Assembly: GCF_006345805.1 (NCBI RefSeq)
Contig: NW_021826806.1
Span: forward strand, 1-11,925
Direction: 5' to 3'
DNA: 11,925 bases
From: Octopus sinensis
Lineage: Eukaryota
In this document: one piece after another, positions 1 to 7,641 of the stretch
Layout of the letters: each line of letters opens with the position of its first letter
Numbering within the stretch: the first letter of the stretch is position 1
Notes under the pieces: model-generated
What the model was told of the DNA's origin: nothing
The model's database searches: none
What the model saw: the letters and a program-made list of their open reading frames with translations, nothing else
Made by a program: the position numbers and the translations under genes

Positions 1-55
1 CATATACATAATATATACATATATATATATCTGTGGTGTGTGTGTGTGTGTGTGT
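1..55. repeat. Compound (TA)n/(TG)n microsatellite
   Basis: Directly visible dinucleotide runs. Confidence 0.9.
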
Positions 56-121
56 TATTTACATTATTATATGATTATATGATTGAACGTCACGCATCCT
101 CTACCAAGTATATATATATAT

Positions 122-200
122 TATATGTAGAAAAATACAAACCGGGACAAGAACGTAAAACATTTAGAAGACGATACAAAAAACACGGTACAAAAAACAT
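122..200. mobile_element. Short fragment of the dispersed repeat also present at 7642-7889
   Basis: AATACAAA..GGACAAGAACGTAAAACATTTAGAAGACGATACAAAAAA aligns by eye with AATACAAA..GGACAAGAACGCAAAGCATCCAGACAGATGATACAAAAAA at about 7652-7705. Confidence 0.6.
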
Positions 201-451
201 ATATATACATAATTTTAAATAGCATTGCAATACAATAGTATCACTTTCCTGTCAAATAAAACACCCTAAAGGTAGAATTATAAATAAGAGATAGTGGTAC
301 TACAGGGCGCCAATGTTTGCTGGAAATAGCAGTTGATAACGATACGACGCTATGTAAAGCCTTGCTGAAATATATATCCGCAAAGATGTATGCATGCAGC
401 GAACTTTAAAAATTTTCGTCTTGCCTGTAGGTAATAAATATATATGCATGC

Positions 452-526
452 ATGTATGTATGTATGTATGTATGTATGTATGTATGTATGTATGTATGTA
501 TGTATGTATGTATGTATGTATGTATG
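452..526. repeat. (TATG)n microsatellite
   Basis: Perfect tetranucleotide array. Confidence 0.97.
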
Positions 527-715
527 AATGAATGTATAAAGGTTGCGCAAATGGCACAGAAATGGTATATTATGTATAAATATGTGTGTTCGTGTGTTTT
601 TATTAACAAAAATGTAGGTTTGCCTGTGGGCGAGAATCACATACATGCATACACACACTTTCATATATTTACATACATAAGCGCATATCTATATTCTCAT
701 GGATATCTATATTTG

Positions 716-783
716 TATATGTATATATATATGTGTGTGTGTGCGTGTGTGTGTATGTGTGTGTGTGTATGTATGTATGTATG

Positions 784-812
<29 letters not shown>
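716..812. repeat. Compound (TA)n(TG)n(TATG)n microsatellite
   Basis: Directly visible. Confidence 0.95.
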
Positions 813-814
<2 letters not shown>

Positions 815-887
815 TATACCAAATGGGCCAACAACTGGGACAAAGGTGATGTGAAACGCCCCAGACTGAGGTAATCAGAAAGACCAC

Positions 888-951
888 CGTGGTGTTCCAG
901 CATGACCGCGGCCGCATAGCTGAAATGAGTAAGAGATAAAAGGAATAAAAG
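888..951 (+). mobile_element. Diverged orphan 3' tail of SINE family 1
   Basis: GGTGTTCCAGCATGACCGCGG..TAGCTGAAATGAGTAAGAGATAAAAGGAATAAAAG matches the tail of the 1598-1947 copy (GGTGCTCCAGCATTGCCGCAG..TGACTGAAGCAAGTAAAAGAATAAAAG). Confidence 0.7.
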
Positions 952-1597
952 TATATATATATGTGTGCGTGTATGTGTGTATGTAAAGGTGTATGTATGT
1001 GCCAGTGTGTGTGAATTTGCATACGCGTATTCATTTACGCACATATGCATAAATATACACATGCACATATGTGTGTGTAGTTATACTTCCTTCTGCGCAC
1101 ACCTCATGCTTTTATGAAGAAAACTTAGAATTCAGGCGCTTATTTTTTTTGTACTCTGAAAAATACTCACTAAAATTTCTTGCTATAAGCAGTATAGAAT
1201 CATCATCCTCAGATGAGACTGTTATGGGACTCTGATGAGATCATTCATGTTTCTCATTATTATAATGATACCTTTCATACATAGTATCTTTACGGAAAAA
1301 TATATTACACAACCCCAAACATAGACCAAGAAATATCTTATGGTTTAAGCCAACATTTAGTTTAAAAGAACCTCAGAGACATTTAAAATTTAATCTCGTC
1401 AATTTTCCCGATGAATTATACATATAAGATTTTAAATTTAAGTTATATTGAAGGAAGTCATGCTTATAAAAGTGTTTTTTAAGTTCAGTTATACGTTTTA
1501 ATTTTAAAAGAATATAATTTTCTCCTTTCCTAATTGTTAACGGATAACCCCAAGCACTTACATTCATAACGGCAATCATCTTTCAAAAGCTTAACTA

Positions 1598-1947
1598 GAC
1601 GCAGGAGTGGCAGTGTGGTAAGTAGCTTGCTTATCAACCACATGGTTCTGGGTTCAGTCCCATTGCGTGGCACCTTGGCTAAGTGTCTTCTACTATAGAC
1701 TCGGGCTGATAAAAGCCTTGTGAGTGGATTTGGTAGACGGAAACTGAAAGAAGCCCGTCGTGTGTCTGTGTTTGTCCCTACCATCGCTAGACAACCAATG
1801 CTGGTGTGTTTACGTCCCCATAACTTTAGGCTTACAAAGAATACGTCCTGAGGTCAATTTTTTCGACTAAAAGGCGGTGCTCCAGCATTGCCGCAGTCAA
1901 AATGACTGAAGCAAGTAAAAGAATAAAAGAATAAAAGAATAAGGAAT
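1598..1947 (+). mobile_element. tRNA-derived SINE, family 1 (octopus-type), head to tail
   Basis: Pol III A box TGGCAGTGTGG (1608-1618), B box GGTTCAGTCCC (1651-1661), body shared with the inverted copy at 2539-2702, 3' tandem (AAAAGAAT)n tail. Confidence 0.9.
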
Positions 1948-2458
1948 ATTGCGTAAAAGTCTGACCAGAAAATTAGAGCTTGTTCCAATGCTTTATTGGA
2001 TTAACAGAGAAATCTTTGGTAGTTGATTTTTGATAACGTATTCTTATATTCCAGAAACCACAAGAAAATCCAAAAAAAAAAATAAATAGATTGTCCACAA
2101 CACTTTCCAAGAATATTTGGTTTTTAGGAGAAGAAAGAAAACCGTTTAAGACCAAACAGTCAATTTTCGAACATACAACTTATTAATCACTGATAATTTA
2201 TGATCAAACTTACGTCAGGATCTTTGCTTAAGCAAAAACTCACACATATTTCAAGATAATCGTAGTTTAAGCGAAGGCTCAGAGATGGAAAGCCACAACA
2301 AACAGGGTTTTTAAGCAATTACTTTGTAATTATATTGCTCTAATGGCTAATTCGAATTCCAATATTTGCTCCATACGTTTGAATATTCAGAAAAACAAAA
2401 TTCTTCAACAGACATTAACAAACAGTTTTGCAACGTTTATGCACTTCGGTTTATTCCT

Positions 2459-2486
2459 CACACACACACACACATGCATATATATA

Positions 2487-2538
<52 letters not shown>
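2459..2538. repeat. (CA)n(TA)n microsatellite abutting the SINE body
   Basis: Directly visible; starts where the SINE copy 2 homology ends. Confidence 0.93.
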
Positions 2539-2540
<2 letters not shown>

Positions 2541-2702
2541 GACGGGTTTCTTTCAGTTTCCGTCTACCAAATCCACTCCCAAGACTTTGGTCGGCCCGAG
2601 ACTATACTAGAAGACACTTGCCTAAGGTTCCATGTAGTTGGACTCAACCGGGAACCATGTGGTTGGTAAGCACGTTACTTACCATACAGCCACTCCTGCG
2701 CC
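2539..2702 (-). mobile_element. tRNA-derived SINE family 1, 5' half
   Basis: Reverse complement aligns with 1598-1761 (roughly 85% identity by eye); begins GGCGCAGGAGTGGCTGTATGGTAAG. Confidence 0.9.
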
Positions 2703-2746
<44 letters not shown>

Positions 2747-2759
2747 ATATATATATATA
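2703..2759. repeat. Compound (TA)/(TG)/(TATG) microsatellite
   Basis: Directly visible. Confidence 0.93.
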
Positions 2760-3058
2760 TCTTATTATAAAAGGCAGATTTTATCTGCCTCCCTTTGGGA
2801 GTTATACAAATCTACAATATAGGATTTCTTCAATTACAATTTACCTAGCATTTTTAAGAGTACAATGCATCGCGTCATGCCAGGTCCAGTTTTTTAAATT
2901 TAAACTCCAATTAAGCAAAATTTACAGAAAACTCACATTCTGGTGTGTGTGTCAAATGCTTTTATTAGTCTGGTTTACAGCAAACGCAAACGCACACACA
3001 CAGTGTGCAATGAATAAACTGAAACTAATTCACTGTGTGTTGACAGGTAGAAAATAGA
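2760..3058 (+). mobile_element. Probable Helitron-like non-autonomous element, 5' portion (3' boundary uncertain)
   Basis: A|TCTTATTATAAAAG start resembles the Helitron start at 4522 (A|TCTTTATATATAAGAG); subterminal hairpins; no hairpin+CTRR 3' end found nearby. Confidence 0.45.
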
Positions 3059-3060
3059 AT

Positions 3061-3180
3061 GCGATAGCGATGGCTATGGCGATGGCGATGGCTATGGCGA
3101 TGGCGATGGCTATGGCGATGGCGATGGCTATGGCGATGGCGATGGCTATGGCGATGGCGATTGCTATGGCGATGGCGATG
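3061..3180. repeat. Hexamer minisatellite (GCGATG/GCTATG) x20 with an 18-bp higher-order unit
   Basis: Every third hexamer is GCTATG, giving GCTATGGCGATGGCGATG x6. Confidence 0.95.
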
Positions 3181-3584
3181 TAATATTTGTTTCTCTCTAT
3201 GACGCTCATAAAGCATTGATGTACATGTGGTGCGTGCGTGAGTGTGTGTGTGTCCATTCCTCACACACACGCATACACATACATATATGAGAGTGGCAAA
3301 CACAAACGTTTCAAACAACTACATACAAATACGTGTGTGTTTGTTATTAGTAAAAAAAGGCGCCAAAACACAACTCACTTATCATTCCAACACATTTGCA
3401 AAGACACACGGACGGTCGAATAACAATACAGAAAAGGTAAATTGGTTTTTATTTTACTCTGTATATATTTTATTATATAATATTATATATAGATATATGT
3501 ATATATATTGCAGTATGAAACAGTGTTTATGTATAAACAGACGACACTTAAATATAGTTATTATAAATGTATGCATCCGTTTAA

Positions 3585-4409
3585 CCCTTTCGTTACCAAA
3601 CCGCCCGAAAAAAATTTTGGTTAATGTGACCAAGCCGCCCGAATTTACCTATTCATATTAAATGAGAATATCAGAGTAAATCTCTTTAGAACATTCGTGA
3701 AAACACGTATTATACTTCGTAAACAGTTCAACTACAGTTTTGTACAAAAATCGAAGTGTAATTTTAATTCCGTGAATTATGTGAGATTTTTTCCCGAAAT
3801 TGTTCCTATTGTGTTTTCAAAATTTGTAATTCTGACAAAAAATGATACGAATTTCATTTATATCAAGCAGCGAGTCAGAATTCGAAGGATTTTTTCTACT
3901 GAAGACCTTCATAAATCTAACTCTATGACTGAAAAAAAAAAGCATGTGGTATTTGATCTCTCAACCTAAACAAAGCGAAAGAAACGAGAGTTGTTATTTT
4001 TCCCACAACCTTCAATGAAATTAAGGCCTATTTGCCCATAAATATATTATGGGTATTAGAAAGTTACCCAGAATAACAAATTCTATCGTAAAATTTTGTT
4101 GTATATACCCAATTGAATATTAGCTAATAACCCATTTTCTATAGCGATGTTTGAACAAAATTTTAATAATTTTTATAATTGTTGAATTTACTGTATCTAC
4201 CTGCAATTAGAGTCACTTTGTGACAAAAATTATAGTATAGAATTGGTTGAGAACATTTCACTAAATTATCTTCCAAAAATCAGATTAATATATTCATAAA
4301 TAAAAAAGTTATAGTTGTTTAATGACCAGACTAAATTTATGATTACGTTAGAAATTAATTGAAACACATAAGGGGTGGTATTTTGGTCAGAAATATAGTA
4401 ACGAAAGGG
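3585..4409. mobile_element. Non-autonomous piggyBac-type DNA transposon (825 bp)
   Basis: TTAA at 3581-3584 and 4410-4413; perfect 12-bp TIRs CCCTTTCGTTAC (3585-3596) and GTAACGAAAGGG (4398-4409); CCC...GGG termini; no transposase ORF. Confidence 0.9.
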
Positions 4410-4521
4410 TTAAGAAAAACCAAAAAATATTTTATTCTTTGTAAATGTTGTGTTCAAAATAACATTTTCTTTTAAGAATGTGTATATAACAAAGTATGTG
4501 TATATAACTACGTGGCTTATA

Positions 4522-4920
4522 TCTTTATATATAAGAGTGAAGTTGTGTGTCTGTCTCCTACGATTTAGATTCGTAACTACTCCCACATTTTGCGGTGCAG
4601 TTTAACCAAAAGCGTTGATTCATAGTCGTGATTCATATCGAGCCCTTCTGGGTATTAGCGCGCGTCTACGATGAGTCTACGATTTTAAAAAAATTACCAT
4701 CATATTTTTCCATTTTAATGCATATTTTTTCGTTATTATATAAGGGAAGTAACTCTCTAAAAATATCTACGATGTGTCAACGATTAAAAAAAAATTACCT
4801 TAATTTTTTTTTCAATTTTAATGCATTTTTTTTCCTATTTTTTTGCTATAACACTCTCTAAAAATGCTTATATAGTTATTTCCCTTACAACACCCGAGCA
4901 ACGCCGGGCGATACTGCTAG
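4522..4920 (+). mobile_element. Non-autonomous Helitron (399 bp)
   Basis: 5' TC after host A; 3' CTAG before host T; GC hairpin CCCGAGCAACGCCGGG (4893-4908) 12 nt from the end; no TSD. Confidence 0.88.
4665..4865. repeat. Diverged ~100-bp tandem duplication inside the Helitron
   Basis: Units 4665-4765 and 4766-4865 share TCTACGATG..ACGATT..AAATTACC..ATTTTAATGCAT..ACTCTCTAAAAAT. Confidence 0.85.
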
Positions 4921-4989
4921 TATATATATATATATATATGTTTGTGTGTGTGGTGGATGTATATATATGTATATATATTCCTGCCCCGA

Positions 4990-5029
<40 letters not shown>
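4921..5029. repeat. Interrupted (TA)n/(TG)n low-complexity tract
   Basis: Directly visible. Confidence 0.85.
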
Positions 5030-5031
<2 letters not shown>

Positions 5032-5156
5032 GGTCATTTTACCGAATATGGTCCTTTTCCATACCGAAACAACTACTGGGTGAAATTTGTTGATTTTATT
5101 AAATTAATTATATTTCACCCTTTATCTGTATATATATAATATATATATATATATAT

Positions 5157-5380
5157 ATTCTTTACTGCCCACAAGGGGCTAAACATAGAGGGGACAAACA
5201 AGGACAGACAAAGGGAATAAGTTGATTACATCAACCCCAGTGCGTTACTGGTACTTAATTTATCGACCCCGAAAGGATGAAAGGCAAAGTCGACCTCGGC
5301 GGAATTTGAACTCAGAACGTAACGACAGACGAAATACCGCTAAGCATTTCGCCCAGCGCGCTAACGCTTCTGCCAGCTCG
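5157..5380 (-). mobile_element. tRNA-derived SINE family 2, copy A
   Basis: On the minus strand: A-box-like TGGCAGAAGCGTT and B box GAGTTCAAATTCC (5313-5301); about 160 bp align to 6881-7042 (about 90% by eye); distinct 3' tail. Confidence 0.9.
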
Positions 5381-5650
5381 TATATATACACACACAAACA
5401 CACGCTCAACACATGCACACTTATTCAACATATTCAACCATCCACATGGATATGCACACACACACATATACACAAACATACGGAAACACACAAAGATATT
5501 CAACACATGAACATACACACACGTCCAACACACACAAGTCCAACACATACAAGTTCAACACATACGCACATACAACGCATTTACAATCGCACGAGCATAC
5601 ACACACATCCTGCCCTCACATACTGAACACACACACACACACACACAGAG
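5381..5650. repeat. Degenerate CA-rich low-complexity region with ~15-bp ACACAYACAAGTYCA repeats
   Basis: Directly visible, e.g. 5515-5565. Confidence 0.75.
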
Positions 5651-5656
5651 AGATAA

Positions 5657-6140
5657 TCACGTGAGTCACGTACACAGTAAAAAATAACCTTTTACACCCA
5701 CGTGTCTCATCATAACATAAAGAGAAAATATTAAAAAGCCACCCACCACGTCCACCACCACCACCACCACCACCACCGAACCAGCTTATGCATATTTGAA
5801 ATAGTGATCTACTAGAAGGTTTTGTTTCATGTAATATCACCGCCATAACTATCCGTTAACCTAATTATAAAGCAGGCTAGCCAAAAACAATAGCCGCAGC
5901 TGATCAGCTGTCATCAATTAAGAAGCTCAGCTGAAATCTTTATAGTATATTTCCGTTATTAATTAACCTAAATCAAATAGTTTTGTTTGGCGTCTGCTAT
6001 TGCAAAATTAAATGATACAAAAAAAAAAAAAATGATGGGAAGAGTGGACCATTCTATTGGTCACAATTATTCCAATAACAAGCTTTGCACAACCTTTCAT
6101 TTACAAAGTCAGGTTTCACTAAAACAAAACAATAAGAAAA
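5657..6140. promoter_or_regulatory. Candidate cis-regulatory module
   Basis: Five E-boxes (CACGTG x2, CAGCTG x3), AP-1 TGAGTCA, TALE-like TGATGACAG (minus strand), TAAT cores, SOX-like AACAAT; motif-only inference. Confidence 0.3.
5739..5777. repeat. (CCA)n trinucleotide repeat
   Basis: Directly visible. Confidence 0.85.
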
Positions 6141-6184
6141 AAAACAACGAAAACAAAATATTTTTGTCTTTCTTTCTAAACTAA

Positions 6185-6207
6185 TCTCCCTCTCTTTCTC
6201 TCTCTCA

Positions 6208-6239
<32 letters not shown>

Positions 6240-6240
6240 T

Positions 6241-6279
<39 letters not shown>
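6185..6279. repeat. (TC)n polypyrimidine microsatellite
   Basis: Directly visible. Confidence 0.95.
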
Positions 6280-6372
6280 TAACTGTGGTTTGGACTTTTT
6301 GCTGTTCTTTCTAGTATGTAAGGCGACCTGTTAAGCCTCACCTCTTTTGTGTTTAAATGTACACCAATCTAT

Positions 6373-6420
<48 letters not shown>

Positions 6421-6421
6421 G

Positions 6422-6475
<54 letters not shown>

Positions 6476-6488
6476 TAGATAGATAGAT
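6373..6488. repeat. (GATA)n microsatellite
   Basis: Near-perfect array. Confidence 0.97.
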
Positions 6489-6552
6489 ATATGTGTGGGG
6501 TTGTTTATCTGTATTTATGTTTACATGTATATGTTTTTATGCGAATACGTGT

Positions 6553-6850
6553 GTGCCTGAACTGATATGTAACGGGTGTGGTCGTATTGGTCTAAGTAAG
6601 GCAGACCTTAAAACTCATCAGGGAAGGCACACAAACAGGGAAGAGGTTAACTATGCATAACCCAGCATCTTTACTCAGGGAGTGTGGGGAAAAAATTATG
6701 CGCCAGGGGGAAGACTGAAACATCTTAAGAGGAATTCACCAAAACAACATTGTAACAACTACTGCAAGAGGCGCCCATGTTTTCCACACCTGTTCAAAGT
6801 AGTGTAGGTCCTATGTCTCTGCTGCTAAAGCTTAAGTTAACAATCAAGCA
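6553..6850 (+). pseudogene. Decayed C2H2 zinc-finger tract, probably the C-terminus of an RTE-like LINE ORF
   Basis: 6568-6630 translates CNGCGRIGLSKADLKTHQGRH, an exact C-x2-C-x12-H-x3-H; stop at 6658-6660; downstream broken finger-like pieces (ECG...LKHLKR/IH; HTCSK*CRS). Confidence 0.55.
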
Positions 6851-6873
6851 TTGGCATAATTTGTTATTGAATT

Positions 6874-7088
6874 AAGGCGGTGAGCTGGCAGAAACGTTAA
6901 GCGCGCCGGGCGAAATGCTTAGCCGTATTTCGTCTGTCTTTACGTTCTGAGTTCAAATTCTGCCGAGGTCGACTTTGCCTTTCATCCTTTCGGGGTTGAT
7001 AAATTAAGTACCAGTTGCGTACTGGGGTCGATCTAATCGACTGGCCCCCTCCCCAAAAATTTCGGGCCTTGTGCCTAGAGTAGAAAAG
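6874..7088 (+). mobile_element. tRNA-derived SINE family 2, copy B, full length with probable 18-bp TSD
   Basis: Starts AAGGCGGTGAGCTGGCAGAAACG; B box GAGTTCAAATTC (6949-6960); flanks ATAATTTGTTATTGAATT (6856-6873) and ATAATTTATAATTGAATT (7089-7106) match 16/18. Confidence 0.9.
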
Positions 7089-7112
7089 ATAATTTATAAT
7101 TGAATTGCAACC

Positions 7113-7253
7113 GTATGTATGTATGTATGTATGTATGTATGTATGTATGTATGTATGTATGTTTGTATGTATGTATGTATGTATGTATGTTTGTATGTAT
7201 GTATCTATGTATGTATGTATGTATGTATGTATGTATGTATGTATGTATGTATG
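7113..7253. repeat. (TATG)n microsatellite
   Basis: Directly visible. Confidence 0.97.
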
Positions 7254-7473
7254 TTTTTTTCTTTCTCTTTTTAATTCAGAGTAAATTTCGACCGGCCATT
7301 TACTTGGTAACGAAGTTGTGAAGGAAAGCATCTTTTGTTCATCATCCTTTAAATCTTAAGAAGGTCTTGCAGGGTTTTGTAGTCCCAGATATGATGATCA
7401 TTTGCAGTTTATGAATTAAAGAATTGCGTTCTCTTACCAAGAACCAAAATTCAGCCATACTTTGCTCCAAACG
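7254..7473 (-). mobile_element. Probable 5'-truncated 3' end of an RLE-type (R4/Dong-like) non-LTR retrotransposon
   Basis: Minus frame ends LIHKLQMIIISGTTKPCKTFLRFKG* (stop 7344-7342), recalling the LQKxxxxGTxKIxK/RxxL C-terminus of such ORFs; followed by a short UTR and an A-rich tail. Confidence 0.45.
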
Positions 7474-7567
7474 TATGCGCGTATGTATGTTTGTATGTGT
7501 ATGTGTGCGTGTCTGCATGTATGTATGTATGTATATATGTATGTATGAATGTATGTATGCATGAATG

Positions 7568-7601
<34 letters not shown>

Positions 7602-7641
7602 TGTTTGTATGTATGTATGTATGTATGTATGTATGTATGTA
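7474..7641. repeat. (TATG)n-rich microsatellite
   Basis: Directly visible. Confidence 0.93.

Noticed and set aside
220-445. Possible inverted homology to about 9300-9345 (same repeat family)
   Set aside because: Similarity too short and AT-rich to support by eye
1195-1260. CTGATGAG at about 1232 as a hammerhead core
   Set aside because: No helix II and no downstream GAAA; only a short imperfect direct repeat CTCWGATGAGA
1598-1675. tRNA gene (also considered for the heads at 6876 and 5380)
   Set aside because: A and B boxes are present but there is no convincing cloverleaf, and the sequence continues into a repeated SINE body
1950-2450. Unique AT-rich stretch as an exon
   Set aside because: Short frames with no recognisable protein similarity or convincing splice-site pair
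3025-3318. His/Arg-rich (HRHRHS)n ORF, or Gly-Tyr-Asp repeat frame, as a metal-binding or structural protein
   Set aside because: Derived wholly from the minisatellite; the GYGD frame has a stop at 3048-3050 and no ATG start, and the flanks are low-complexity
3697-3969. 90-aa ORF inside the piggyBac element as a transposase remnant
   Set aside because: No recognisable transposase motifs; non-ATG start and AT-rich composition
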